Of a stretch of 64,000 nt of DNA, positions 39,529 through 49,785 are shown one piece after another. Position numbers and translations under genes: made by a program. The stretch lies in the IMG/VR virus record IMGVR_UViG_3300024257_000004. One strand, given 5' to 3'. The notes beneath the pieces were generated by a model. The model saw only the letters and a list, made by a program, of their open reading frames with translations. It ran no database searches and had not been told where the DNA came from. Positions within the stretch are counted from its first letter, which is position 1; every line of letters begins with the position of its first letter. Source of the DNA: a virus. Lineage: Duplodnaviria > Heunggongvirae > Uroviricota > Caudoviricetes > Schitoviridae.

Positions 39529-42012
39529 TTATCCTTGTTTGATTTTAGTTTGCCTTACATGTCGTTCTACATCTCTCGGATCCATGTTAGTTAAATCAAT
39601 ACCCTTAACATACTCAAGGCCATACCTAATTGCTAATTGAGCATGAGTTAGGTCATAGTTGATTGTGTGAAATCGTTTAAGTGTTGCTGCATCCATAGGT
39701 TGTCTAGCGTTAAATTTCTCTGAGTACTCATTACCAGTAGTATTAGCTGTACCAATTAATCTGAAATTAGGGTGTACATCAACTAGTGCGTCAGGGAATT
39801 GAAATTGGTCCTTCTTTAATGCATTAAGCACTAGTATAGTGTTAGGATTACAAGCATCAATCTCATCTAAGATAAATACTTTACCGTGCTCTACTGCGTC
39901 TCTAAGTAATGATGAGATATACTCACCAGTAGTGATAGACTTGTAACCTAGTAGGTCATCAACAGTTAACTGAATAGTGCCTTGCTGGATTACTAATTCT
40001 TTATTATGGTGCTTAGCATAATCAATAGCTATAGTAGTTTTACCTGAACCAGATGGCCCTGTAAGTAACGCCCATTCTCTAGCTTCAATGTTCAATTCAT
40101 GGTCAAGAGTAACTAATAACTCGTCGAATACTTCCTTATCTTTAGGTGATAGTTTTTCAACTGGAGTAGAAAATTCATCAGAAATTAATTGGTAGTTATA
40201 AGAATAATCAACTGGTGATATATTAGTCTTATGTAAATGACTAATATCGTCTAAGATATCTCCAGAGCTAGAACACTTGTATTTACCGCAAGAGTATTGT
40301 GTAAGATTGTGAACTACGTCTTTGCTACTGGCTTCAGTAAGTACTCTGTATACTGTATAGTTATCCGCATCAGCTTTATACTCAGCTAAATCTTTTCTAT
40401 TATTTATAACAGACCAAGTGTGTGATGCGTTACACAAAATAATATCTTTTACTTTAACTCTCGCAGACTTGTCAAGTTTAAATATTGGGTATTGTTCACC
40501 TGTGTTATGTTCAGTTTGGGATTGAGGTATTGTTTCACCATCAACAACCACATAAGTATAACTAGATACATCGTAAGGATTAGGTACATTAGGTTCAGGA
40601 TTCTTCCATTTAGCTTTCTCTGGAACCGGTGATAGTTCAACCGGGGCAGGTTTAGCTGGTTGTTGGTTAGATGACGTACCTAGTTCTTCAATTGTGATTT
40701 TCATTTTTGCTCCTGTGTTTATTGTTTTTTCTACCATATCGTAACTTATGTAATATGAATGCTTACTATTATTAGTTTTCCATACGTAAGATTTTATAGT
40801 AATAGTTCTGTTTACTGGTAAAACGTTCTCCATGCTAGCAGTAAAACACGGATCAGTATCTATACACCCATTACGGTCTAATCCGTATACTGCTTCCATA
40901 CTCTCCCATGAAGAAATAACTACTTGTGAGAAATCTTCTGCATCCAGTTCGTGTAGCTCACTAAGTGATTCTATTACAGTACTGTCCTTGGTATGCGCTG
41001 GTATATGTCTGCAGGCTCCAGGTATAATACCATTTTCGTATGATGTGCTAAGACTTATAAGCATAGGAGTTGAGTTAATACGATTGAAATAGCTCGATAG
41101 GTTACCGTAATTGTCTTCTAAATTGTAATTACTACCAGTTTGGTAATAACTTAGTTGAGTTACTACTTCACGTATCTCTTCTTCTGTAGTTACTTTTACC
41201 GCGATACCCAAGTCACATAAGTAGTTGATATTATTAGGCGCAGGTTTAAGTAACGATATTATTTCTGGAACTGTGCATTGACTTACTTCCCAGTTAACAC
41301 TATTGGATAAACTTAAGAAGTTATTTTCTACATTTATATACCGATGTCCAACATAAGATATGCTTCTACTTCCGGATGCTCCCCATTTATAACCATTGTT
41401 AAGTAAAGCTGTTTGTGTTTGATCAAAATTAGTTTCGTCGTTTATAATGATCTGAAATTCTTGGTTTAGGTTTATTGGTTTACTAATTATTGTTTTACTA
41501 GTTAGTGTTTGAATCAATTTCAGGTCCTCTAGTGTTAAATGGATTGTATCTGGGTTTAAACCGTTAAATCTACGATTAGTACGTACTGCACAAGAGGTGT
41601 AGTCGGCAATAGCGTTATTAAGCGCAATACCCTTAATAGTGTTAGCTCCACCCGCATGTCTGTAGCCATGACCTACAAATAGTTGATTATCTAGCTTTGG
41701 TAGCTCTCTAATTAGATCTTTCATTTCAGTAAATTCTGCTTCAGATTCTACTGCTATGTAGCAAGGGTAATTACGATCAAGTAGTTGCTGGATAGTAATT
41801 TCACGATAGCTATCATCCTCGTACGTTGGTACGTTTGTTGAGTATGTTAACTTACTGCTGTTGTCTAAGAATAATCCTACCGGTTTTGTTGAACTATTAA
41901 GTCTTTCTAAAGAAATGTTTGAAAAAGGTTTAACTTTATAAGACATATACTTGTAGATTAAGTTAAATTCCTCTGCAGAGTTACAAAGTATTTTAGTGTT
42001 AGTTAAAGACAT
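39529..42012 (-). CDS. Large protein with C-terminal AAA_5 (MoxR/McrB-like) ATPase domain
   Basis: 827 aa. The C-terminal 200 aa carry Walker A LLTGPSGSGKTT, Walker B VFILDEIDAC and a sensor FRLIGTANT. The N-terminal 600 aa have no recognised domain. Confidence 0.65.
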   Translation of the reverse strand: MSLTNTKILCNSAEEFNLIYKYMSYKVKPFSNISLERLNSSTKPVGLFLDNSSKLTYSTNVPTYEDDSYREITIQQLLDRNYPCYIAVESEAEFTEMKDLIRELPKLDNQLFVGHGYRHAGGANTIKGIALNNAIADYTSCAVRTNRRFNGLNPDTIHLTLEDLKLIQTLTSKTIISKPINLNQEFQIIINDETNFDQTQTALLNNGYKWGASGSRSISYVGHRYINVENNFLSLSNSVNWEVSQCTVPEIISLLKPAPNNINYLCDLGIAVKVTTEEEIREVVTQLSYYQTGSNYNLEDNYGNLSSYFNRINSTPMLISLSTSYENGIIPGACRHIPAHTKDSTVIESLSELHELDAEDFSQVVISSWESMEAVYGLDRNGCIDTDPCFTASMENVLPVNRTITIKSYVWKTNNSKHSYYISYDMVEKTINTGAKMKITIEELGTSSNQQPAKPAPVELSPVPEKAKWKNPEPNVPNPYDVSSYTYVVVDGETIPQSQTEHNTGEQYPIFKLDKSARVKVKDIILCNASHTWSVINNRKDLAEYKADADNYTVYRVLTEASSKDVVHNLTQYSCGKYKCSSSGDILDDISHLHKTNISPVDYSYNYQLISDEFSTPVEKLSPKDKEVFDELLVTLDHELNIEAREWALLTGPSGSGKTTIAIDYAKHHNKELVIQQGTIQLTVDDLLGYKSITTGEYISSLLRDAVEHGKVFILDEIDACNPNTILVLNALKKDQFQFPDALVDVHPNFRLIGTANTTGNEYSEKFNARQPMDAATLKRFHTINYDLTHAQLAIRYGLEYVKGIDLTNMDPRDVERHVRQTKIKQG

Positions 42013-42103
42013 AAAAGTTCCTTACGTTAATATATAAATAATTGAGTAATAACTTATATATTACCGTAGAGTAAAAAAGGGAACTGAATCCCTTTTAGTT
42101 AGA

Positions 42104-42433
42104 CTATAATAGTCCTTCGCCGTTACTAGCTGATGATTCAGATACGATACATCTAAGTACTGCGTTATTCGCAATTAACTTAGCAATCTCTACCTTTCTA
42201 TCTGCTTTCTTAGGTATAGCTGTTACTGCGTCCGTAATTGCTACGTATTCAGCGGTAACTGTTGCCCATTTAGAGTCCTCATCGATTAACATCGATACAG
42301 GCATTTGACCGTAAGCAGTTTCTACTTTTGGTTCAGTTGTAGGCATACCTGCTCCGTATACTGCTACCGCAGCTTCTACGGCTTCTGTTAATTTCTTGAA
42401 ATCTTGTTTCTTAATCGCTTTGCTTAATGACAT
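42104..42433 (-). CDS. Hypothetical protein (start moved to an internal Met with RBS)
   Basis: AAGGAG-N5-ATG at 42433 (MSLSKAIKK...). The longer ORF in the track overlaps the upstream gene by 77 nt. Confidence 0.45.
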   Translation of the reverse strand: MSLSKAIKKQDFKKLTEAVEAAVAVYGAGMPTTEPKVETAYGQMPVSMLIDEDSKWATVTAEYVAITDAVTAIPKKADRKVEIAKLIANNAVLRCIVSESSASNGEGLL

Positions 42434-42506
42434 AATGTCTCCTTTAGTTTTGGTTATTGTGTCTGTACACACAATAAAGCAGAGTAATATCTGCTCTATG
42501 TACGTA

Positions 42507-43055
42507 CTAGTTAAATAGTGATTTAAGTTTTTGTACTGTTTTATCGAACTCTTGTTTAACAGGTTCAAGTTGGTTAGTATCAATATCCTTGATAGCTGAA
42601 GATAGCTTTCCGTTTAACTTCTGTGCTTTATCAGAAAATTCAGACAGTTTAGCGTTAGTATTAGCAAATTCACCTAAGTCGTTGTTAAAAGCGGTGATAA
42701 GTTCTTTCATATCCTTAGCTAATTCAGATGTAGTTTCAGAGAATGCCTGTTCCGTATCATTCATCTTGTTCTGTACATACGACGATAAGATTTCATTCAC
42801 TCTAGAAGCAATAATAGTTTCAAGGTTATTTGACCCAGCTTGTAGTACGTATAGTTCGTAGTTAGCTTTACCAGCTAGTAATTCCTCTAAAGACTCTGCT
42901 GTTTTGATATTGATTAACTCCCCGTTATACATCATTTGAGTACCTGAGAAGTACTTAATGTTTGAATAGTAGAATATGTAACTTGATTCCCCGGAACCAG
43001 TAAATGATACTAGGTTAGTGATTTCGTCCTTGTCCATTTCTAAGATTGATTTCAT
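42507..43055 (-). CDS. Hypothetical coiled-coil protein
   Basis: 182-aa ORF. Confidence 0.5.
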   Translation of the reverse strand: MKSILEMDKDEITNLVSFTGSGESSYIFYYSNIKYFSGTQMMYNGELINIKTAESLEELLAGKANYELYVLQAGSNNLETIIASRVNEILSSYVQNKMNDTEQAFSETTSELAKDMKELITAFNNDLGEFANTNAKLSEFSDKAQKLNGKLSSAIKDIDTNQLEPVKQEFDKTVQKLKSLFN

Positions 43056-43261
43056 GTTATTTCCTTTGGTTGTTGTGGTTGTATTTTTTCAAATACTAAT
43101 TGAGAGGTGTAGTAGTTATAGCGGCTATCTGCAGCTATAGCATTAGACTGCATTACAAGTCTGTAGCCTTTTTTATTGTAAGAGGATAGCGCTTTTGATA
43201 GTTTTTCAGATTGAGTATCAGAAGTGGTACTTCTGATAAATTCAATTTTTTGGTCAAGCAT
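43052..43261 (-). CDS. Hypothetical protein
   Basis: 69-aa ORF. Confidence 0.4.
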   Translation of the reverse strand: MLDQKIEFIRSTTSDTQSEKLSKALSSYNKKGYRLVMQSNAIAADSRYNYYTSQLVFEKIQPQQPKEIT

Positions 43262-43269
43262 AAATACTC

Positions 43270-44313
43270 CTACTTAGCGTAGTTTTCAATTAAAAGGTTA
43301 GTTCTGTCTTCTCTACTTTGGTCTAATTGGATCTTTAGTTGTTGTACATCTACAAACTTCTTGTCCATTTTGTCCTTAGTTTTCTGCATAACAGTGTCTA
43401 AACGTTGACGATGTCTAGCTTCATCCGAATGAATACGCTTAAGCCTGTCAGTGTCTAGTCCAGTTTCACCTATCATTTCTAGTGACTCATATATAGTTTC
43501 ATTGATATCTACACGTATAATGTCTCCAGCCTCTGAAGCTAATGCTGTAGTTGCTTGGACCATCCCATTTAGATCTGCTAGTTGTTGTTGGAATGCTTTG
43601 AATCCTGTTTTGTACTTAAGCTCATTCTCAATAGTAGGTAAGATAGCTCCAATTTGTTTAACAGATATACTTGCTCCTGTAATAAGGGGATTTACTTGAG
43701 ATTCTATATCGGATTTGATACCTTCAATAGTTACAGTTAGTTGAGAAATAAGTAACTGAGCATCAAAGTGTTCTCGAGATAAGTCTTTAGCGTTAGCTAA
43801 TACTGCTTCTGCTTTAACTAGTAAACTCTCATAGCTTGATACAGATTCTACCATGTCTTGTTTAACTGATGCCGCTATTTCAATAAAACCTAATACTTCC
43901 TCACGTTTAGTCTCAATATGGCCAATTAATTCATCAACAATTTTAGATATAGATTTCTCTTTTAGTTTCTCTTCATCTAAGTTTTCTTTAGCGTTGTTAA
44001 GCCACTTACCTGCCCATTTATTGTTTGGGTCAATAAGTGAAATAGCTCGAGATGATACTTTAGATACTGTCGAAGGTACTTTTCCATTATTAACAAAAGC
44101 GTTAACTGTTTGCATAGTTTCTGATATTTTATCATTAATAGAGTCCATACCACTTAAAGTAAAGTTTCCAGCTAACGACTCAACCTTAGTAGACGCCTGT
44201 TTCTTTGTAGAATTATATGAAGACATTAGTTCTTCAAGCGATTCAACAGGTTGTGAAGAGTCATCTGTGTCAATTATTTCAATTTCTACAGGATCTCCGT
44301 CGTATAGTGACAT
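43270..44313 (-). CDS. Hypothetical coiled-coil protein
   Basis: 347-aa ORF, heptad-rich. Confidence 0.5.
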   Translation of the reverse strand: MSLYDGDPVEIEIIDTDDSSQPVESLEELMSSYNSTKKQASTKVESLAGNFTLSGMDSINDKISETMQTVNAFVNNGKVPSTVSKVSSRAISLIDPNNKWAGKWLNNAKENLDEEKLKEKSISKIVDELIGHIETKREEVLGFIEIAASVKQDMVESVSSYESLLVKAEAVLANAKDLSREHFDAQLLISQLTVTIEGIKSDIESQVNPLITGASISVKQIGAILPTIENELKYKTGFKAFQQQLADLNGMVQATTALASEAGDIIRVDINETIYESLEMIGETGLDTDRLKRIHSDEARHRQRLDTVMQKTKDKMDKKFVDVQQLKIQLDQSREDRTNLLIENYAK

Positions 44314-44323
44314 TGTATCTCCT

Positions 44324-44974
44324 TTATATCTTGTATTTAGATTTCACTTTATTGTACATTTCAATGTCTTTTAGTTCATCATTAATTGCAGAACTAGTTT
44401 TGTTTAACTCATCTAGTACTGTAGTTGATAACTGAATACCCTTAGTAGATACTAAGTCATTAATAGCTTTAGCTTGTTTATTAAGTACCTTTTGCACATC
44501 ATGGATGTTCTTAGTACCGATTACCTGTTTCGAAGCAATATATGGAATACCTGTAGGCGCATCAACGTATTGTTTATAAGTATGCCTATATTTAGTAACC
44601 CATCCACTTAGGGTTTTAGCATTAACGTTTAGATCTTTAGCTATACCTGATTGAAGTTCTCCGTGCTCTACATGTCTTCTAACAGCATTACACTTAGTAG
44701 CCAAGCACATTCTAACTTGTCTACCATGGATAAACCCAGCTGCCTCTATGCCGCCAGATTCTTTTAGTTTACGAGCCCAAGTATCAATTGTACCGATAGC
44801 TAAATTAAACTTCTTACTAAAAGTTTTGTATGGTATTTTAGATACTTTGCATAATTTAACTGTTTTTATTTTAAAAGAATCTGGCGCTATTCTTTTACCT
44901 TTCTTATTAAGTGGAAAAGTCGAGTATTCGTCTACTAGTTGTGCTATTTGTTCAGTTATTGTATATTGTTTCAT
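44324..44974 (-). CDS. DNA-binding protein with two helix-turn-helix-like motifs
   Basis: 216 aa with two similar segments, KKFNLAIGTIDTWARK and AKDLNVNAKTLSGWVTK. This resembles transposase-N or terminase-small HTH repeats. Confidence 0.45.
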   Translation of the reverse strand: MKQYTITEQIAQLVDEYSTFPLNKKGKRIAPDSFKIKTVKLCKVSKIPYKTFSKKFNLAIGTIDTWARKLKESGGIEAAGFIHGRQVRMCLATKCNAVRRHVEHGELQSGIAKDLNVNAKTLSGWVTKYRHTYKQYVDAPTGIPYIASKQVIGTKNIHDVQKVLNKQAKAINDLVSTKGIQLSTTVLDELNKTSSAINDELKDIEMYNKVKSKYKI

Positions 44975-45107
44975 TATATTTCCTTTGGTGTAGTTGTGAG
45001 TTTATTAAGAACTTTCGTAAATGCGCATTTCTCCGGGTAAGTTGAAGCTTGTGCGATTTGCTGATTAAGCCATATTGATAGCTCTTCGACTGATATGTGG
45101 TCCATAG

Positions 45108-45335
45108 TTATTCCTCTTCATTAAGTGATACTGTTGATACTCGTGATGTTACAGTTCTAGCTGTACCACGACGTTTACGTTCTTGGTTAATAGCCGATAC
45201 TAATGGATCAACTAACTTCTTGTCAGCTGTTTTCTCTAGCGAAGAACAGCACTTGAAAATGTGTACAAGCGTGTCATCACTTTTAGCTTCAAGTCCTGCA
45301 ATTGTATTGTCTACAGTTTCCTGCGTAATAGTCAT
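45108..45335 (-). CDS. Hypothetical protein
   Basis: 75-aa ORF. Confidence 0.4.
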   Translation of the reverse strand: MTITQETVDNTIAGLEAKSDDTLVHIFKCCSSLEKTADKKLVDPLVSAINQERKRRGTARTVTSRVSTVSLNEEE

Positions 45336-45344
45336 TCTTTGTCC

Positions 45345-45995
45345 TTACAGTTCATATTCTTTGTTATTTAGTATTTCACATACTCTTTCAGATACTTTTT
45401 TAGGCACATAGATTACTCCTGTAGTTTTTAAAGTCCACCAGCAATCCGAGTAATACCTATTACCTTTGCAATCACAATCAATATAGTACTTAGATTGATT
45501 ATCATCATTCCAATCAGCTACCCAATCTTCCATGTTCATCTCAATAGTTACTGCTTCTATTAGAGCACCTAATCTCATCATCTCATTTTGAGTCTTGGAA
45601 TGTTCATTAGTAAACTTTTCAGTACTCCTGTATCTACCAGTATTAAGGAGGTCCTCGTCTGTTCCTGAATTTACCTGCCTAGTCCTATAACTACCTATAA
45701 GGTTCGTACTTCCAGCCTCATATTCTATCTCATACTTACTAGGTTCTTCGAGCTGTGTGTCATCGCATACAATAGCTTCTACCATCCATGGGTCTATTTT
45801 GAAATTGTCATAAGTACTATCAGCGTCTAGTTTAACAACAGAGTTACATAGTTGTTTCATTTCACGGCTAAACGTTGGAGTATTGTCTGAGTACGTTCTC
45901 CCTCCATAGGTGGTTTTGGTTGTAATCTTCTTAATGGATTTCCAAGATTCAATAAGTACTTTTCTGTCTCTGATTTGGTCTTCTGTGCAATTCAT
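45345..45995 (-). CDS. Hypothetical protein
   Basis: 216-aa ORF. Confidence 0.5.
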   Translation of the reverse strand: MNCTEDQIRDRKVLIESWKSIKKITTKTTYGGRTYSDNTPTFSREMKQLCNSVVKLDADSTYDNFKIDPWMVEAIVCDDTQLEEPSKYEIEYEAGSTNLIGSYRTRQVNSGTDEDLLNTGRYRSTEKFTNEHSKTQNEMMRLGALIEAVTIEMNMEDWVADWNDDNQSKYYIDCDCKGNRYYSDCWWTLKTTGVIYVPKKVSERVCEILNNKEYEL

Positions 45996-46012
45996 GTGTT
46001 ATCCTTTAATTA

Positions 46013-46141
46013 TTTTATGTCAATCCAGCCTGAATCGCTTTCTTTATCAATTCTAGCCTGTTCTTTACCCATTAGTTTAATAGCTATGAGTAATAATATT
46101 CCGCATGCTAGTAGTCCGATAAAATCTATGTAATGTTCCAT
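46013..46141 (-). CDS. Small membrane peptide (42 aa), not in the ORF track
   Basis: AAAGGA-N7-ATG at 46141. The product MEHYIDFIGLLACGILLLIAIKLMGKEQ... has a single transmembrane helix. Confidence 0.3.
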
Positions 46142-46219
46142 TTTGATTCCTTTGTGTAAGTATAATAGTGCCCACAATAATCTAAGTTTCAGAGGGATTA
46201 TGTGAGCACGATATAGTTA

Positions 46220-48709
46220 CTAAAATTTAGTAATGTGGTTAAATGATAATCTACTAGAATCCATTCCAGAAATATTCATTTGATCTTGAGTGTAGTCTGC
46301 TGTAAATTCTAGAGAAGAGTTATCAGTTAACCTGTGGTTATAATTTGCATAAACACTAACTTCCTGACCTGCAGGAGCTAGTGAAGTTGATTGAGTTGAA
46401 TTAGATATTGATCCATCCATAGCTCTTGAAGTTGGTACAACTGAAGTAACTGATCCTGAATCAACTCTCATAGGTAGTTTAATACCACCGTTAAAGTTAG
46501 TTGAAACATAAGTTAGTTTAGCTGCCATACCTGTAACTGCAGTAATATCTGTAAACATTCCACCTACTTGTCCATCTGCTGTACCATAAGTTACTGATGC
46601 AGTAAGTCCGTTGTAAGTTGGAGTATCTATAGTTAAATACTGAGTTTTACCTGAGATGCTCATAGCACCCTCACCTGTAGTACCGAATAAGTCATTAGAT
46701 TGAGCATACATGAATTTGAATCCCTTGATACTAGTACCAATAGATGCTGATTGTGATGCTTCGTCTAATCCAATAATAATACTGTTAGAGAATTCCATTT
46801 GCTGGTAAGAATCTGCATCAAATGCATATCCTGTGTTAGCTACTTGTGATGTCATGTCAAGAGTATAACCTCTGTTGAAATCATCAAGAATTAATGTGCT
46901 AGACAGTGCTGATATACTAAGTGCTGATCCAAATGCAGAACTAGATGTAATCTGAGTCTTGCTTGAATCGAATTTAGGTGCTGTAGAAGTAATGTATCCA
47001 CCTGTAGGAATGTTTATAGTACCTACTGGTTGCATAGCTTTTTCAATATTTAATAGACCATGTCCATAAATATCATCAACACCTTCCTCACCTAAGTCAG
47101 TAGTTGTAGCAAACATAATGTCTCTGATTTCTCTACCTACTAGGTAAGGGAATTTCTCAGCTAATAAAGCAAAAGCACCTGTAACAACTGGAGCTGCCAT
47201 AGATGTACCCTGCATATAATTGTAGTCACCCTCATCGTATATTCTATCCGCACTGTCAGATGATTTAGTTGACATAATCATACCGTCAGATCCAGATGCT
47301 GTGAATAAATCTCCACCTGGAGCTACTATGTACCAGTCTTTAGTTATACCTGCAGCGTTAGAATAATACGCAAGAGTGTCATCTGTTGATTTGTTAACTC
47401 CGTTCCCAGAAGTGTAATTAAAGTTATATGAATCACTAATTGATCCAACTGCAATAAATGCTCCGTCATATGTCCCATCAACCATATCAGCATAATCCTC
47501 GAAAGCCGGAAGAGCTGCTGGGTAATTACATTTACCTGTTGAAGTATATCCCATATCCTTACATTGACCAGAATTATTACCTGCTGCAAATATTAATGAT
47601 GTGTCAGCTTTTAAAGCTGTTCTAATATCCTCTACACTACTAGCGTAGTATGATGGACTCCAATAAGTTGTACCTAGTGATAAGTTAGCAACTTTAGCGT
47701 CTTGTTCAGCTGCAAGTTTAATACCTGCAGTGATAGTACTTAATGAACCACTTCCTGAATTGCTTAGTACTTTGATACTAATAATATCAGCATTGTAAGC
47801 AACACCGTGCATACCTTCGTCATCCTTAGTTGCTGCGATAATACCTGCTACGTGCGTACCATGTCCATGAAGATCTTCACCTGAATCGCTATACATAGTA
47901 AATGTACCTTTGATGTTATCAGCAAGATCACTGTGATCAGCATCAATACCTGTATCTAATACAGCTACTTTAACACCTGCCCCTGTCCAACCTTGCTCAT
48001 AAGCAGCTGCAGCGTTAACTTTTTCTAAGAAGTTTCCAGCTTTATATTCTGCTGTGATTGGATTAAGGTCTTTAGTTCCAGGAGTTCCTAGAGTGTAATC
48101 AGGTGTTCCTACTATTCTAACTGGAGCAACTACTGGAATTTCTTTGATAGTGAATTCTTCTTTACCGTATGCAGATCTATCACCTTTATCATCCATTACA
48201 TAGAAAAGGATTTTGTAGTCTGCTACAGGAAGGTCATCAATAGTTTCTTTAGATGAATTAAGTACTTTAAAGTATCTACCATTCTTATACAAGAAACCTC
48301 TGTGTTGTACAATAGTACCGTCACTGTCTGTAGATTGTGATGAGTCTACTGTTACAGATTGACCACTAGTTGTTGCTGTTAGAACTAGTGTAGGTTTAGC
48401 GTTTACAACTTCTTCAGCTCCTGAAGCTGATACTGTTTTCTTTACTAGTTTATATTTTTTACCGTCGCTATCTTTAGCTACCATAAGAAACTTATAAGTT
48501 GCATCAACTAGCGGTAAATAGTCTGTACCAGTTAATTTAGTAAAGTATCTACCATTCTTCCATACGTATATAGTAGTAGAGCCTACTGAACCAGATGTGT
48601 CAATTTTGATACTTGATTCTGTAGTTGATATACTCATATTTGCTACTGCTGCGTAAGATGATGTAGCTAATAAAGCACTAAGTGCTAATAGTTTCAATAA
48701 ATGTTTCAT
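46220..48709 (-). CDS. Secreted subtilisin-like serine protease (peptidase S8) with N-terminal repeats and a beta-rich C-terminal domain ending in Phe (autotransporter-like)
   Basis: A signal peptide (MKHLLKLLALSALLATSSYAAVA) precedes the catalytic triad motifs VAVLDTGID (Asp), HGTHVAGIIA (His) and GTSMAAPVVTGA (Ser). An internal repeat (KNGRYF...) occurs twice. The C-terminus is ...SFNHITKF. Confidence 0.8.
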   Translation of the reverse strand: MKHLLKLLALSALLATSSYAAVANMSISTTESSIKIDTSGSVGSTTIYVWKNGRYFTKLTGTDYLPLVDATYKFLMVAKDSDGKKYKLVKKTVSASGAEEVVNAKPTLVLTATTSGQSVTVDSSQSTDSDGTIVQHRGFLYKNGRYFKVLNSSKETIDDLPVADYKILFYVMDDKGDRSAYGKEEFTIKEIPVVAPVRIVGTPDYTLGTPGTKDLNPITAEYKAGNFLEKVNAAAAYEQGWTGAGVKVAVLDTGIDADHSDLADNIKGTFTMYSDSGEDLHGHGTHVAGIIAATKDDEGMHGVAYNADIISIKVLSNSGSGSLSTITAGIKLAAEQDAKVANLSLGTTYWSPSYYASSVEDIRTALKADTSLIFAAGNNSGQCKDMGYTSTGKCNYPAALPAFEDYADMVDGTYDGAFIAVGSISDSYNFNYTSGNGVNKSTDDTLAYYSNAAGITKDWYIVAPGGDLFTASGSDGMIMSTKSSDSADRIYDEGDYNYMQGTSMAAPVVTGAFALLAEKFPYLVGREIRDIMFATTTDLGEEGVDDIYGHGLLNIEKAMQPVGTINIPTGGYITSTAPKFDSSKTQITSSSAFGSALSISALSSTLILDDFNRGYTLDMTSQVANTGYAFDADSYQQMEFSNSIIIGLDEASQSASIGTSIKGFKFMYAQSNDLFGTTGEGAMSISGKTQYLTIDTPTYNGLTASVTYGTADGQVGGMFTDITAVTGMAAKLTYVSTNFNGGIKLPMRVDSGSVTSVVPTSRAMDGSISNSTQSTSLAPAGQEVSVYANYNHRLTDNSSLEFTADYTQDQMNISGMDSSRLSFNHITKF

Positions 48710-48975
48710 TACATATCCTTTATTTGTTGGTATTTTAGTATTTCCTGTTTAACAGGAGTTCCTACATTATATAGCAGTGTCGCTATAAAGTCCATTAGTT
48801 CTTTATTCTTTTTGTTATGATCTTTACAACTCTCGTAGTACATTGTTTCTGAAGATTTAGACTGAGCAAGTTGACGTTTTAGTTGTTGATTTTCCCTCTC
48901 TAAACCTTCGTTTTTAGTCTCTAGACAACTAATGTCATGTACGAGTTGCTCCGTATATTTAGCTATTATTGACAT
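48709..48975 (-). CDS. Hypothetical coiled-coil protein
   Basis: 88-aa ORF. Confidence 0.45.
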   Translation of the reverse strand: MSIIAKYTEQLVHDISCLETKNEGLERENQQLKRQLAQSKSSETMYYESCKDHNKKNKELMDFIATLLYNVGTPVKQEILKYQQIKDM

Positions 48976-48986
48976 TAGTTATCCTT

Positions 48987-49355
48987 TTATTCTCTGAGAT
49001 ATATTCTCAATGGTTTGATTATCTCTGGGTGTTTAAGTTTTCTTACTACTTGGTTTATTTCTGTACTCATAGCCGTAGCTGATTTACTGAATACAGTTGC
49101 CATAACTTCTGCACTGCCCTCATCACGATTAGGTTCGATAGTTGCGTCAACACGTCTGCGTTTTAATACTGCTAGGTTTTCTTTTAGTCTTTTAGTTAGT
49201 TGGTCAAGTTCATCTACATAAGCTTGGCCTTCAGCGGCTATTTGGTAGTTTGAATTATGTGACATATCCGCAAATGGCCGTCTGGCATTAGCTATGTACT
49301 TAATTTCTGTCTCATAGTCATTTATGATATTATTTATTATTTTTAAATTAGGCAT
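48987..49355 (-). CDS. Hypothetical protein
   Basis: 122-aa ORF. Confidence 0.45.
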   Translation of the reverse strand: MPNLKIINNIINDYETEIKYIANARRPFADMSHNSNYQIAAEGQAYVDELDQLTKRLKENLAVLKRRRVDATIEPNRDEGSAEVMATVFSKSATAMSTEINQVVRKLKHPEIIKPLRIYLRE

Positions 49356-49785
49356 AATCGTTAACTCCTTCTACGTCAATATGCTCCGGTAGGATTAGTA
49401 CTTTCAATTCATCTAGGGCTTTCTTAACCTTTTTGTCGTTCAACGATATATTTTGTAGTTTACGCTTAGCTTGATCATCTATTTGTTGAATTCGTTGTTT
49501 AGTTACTCCGCCTAGTACAAAAGCTATGTCCTCAAAAGGCAAGTCTTTAAGAAATTCTGAATACTTAGTTTTAATAAGTCGGTTAAGTACGTAAGCTGGA
49601 AATTCTTGTTTTTCCCATACTTTGAATGAGAGTTTAGGCGTTTTACTGTGCAACTTCTCCATACATTCCGCATGAATACGCTCTTTAGCGGCTTTTGGTG
49701 TGTACTTTACAAAGTCTTTTACTATACTTCTTATTGCTAAAAGCCCGTTATATGTTACAAGGTCAGTGTGTTTAGTTTTAGCCAT
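49348..49785 (-). CDS. Sigma-factor-like protein (sigma-70 region 4-like HTH)
   Basis: 145 aa. The segment DIAFVLGGVTKQRIQQIDDQAKRKLQ matches the region 4.2 HTH consensus (IAxxLGxSxERVRQIExxALRKLR). Confidence 0.5.
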   Translation of the reverse strand: MAKTKHTDLVTYNGLLAIRSIVKDFVKYTPKAAKERIHAECMEKLHSKTPKLSFKVWEKQEFPAYVLNRLIKTKYSEFLKDLPFEDIAFVLGGVTKQRIQQIDDQAKRKLQNISLNDKKVKKALDELKVLILPEHIDVEGVNDYA

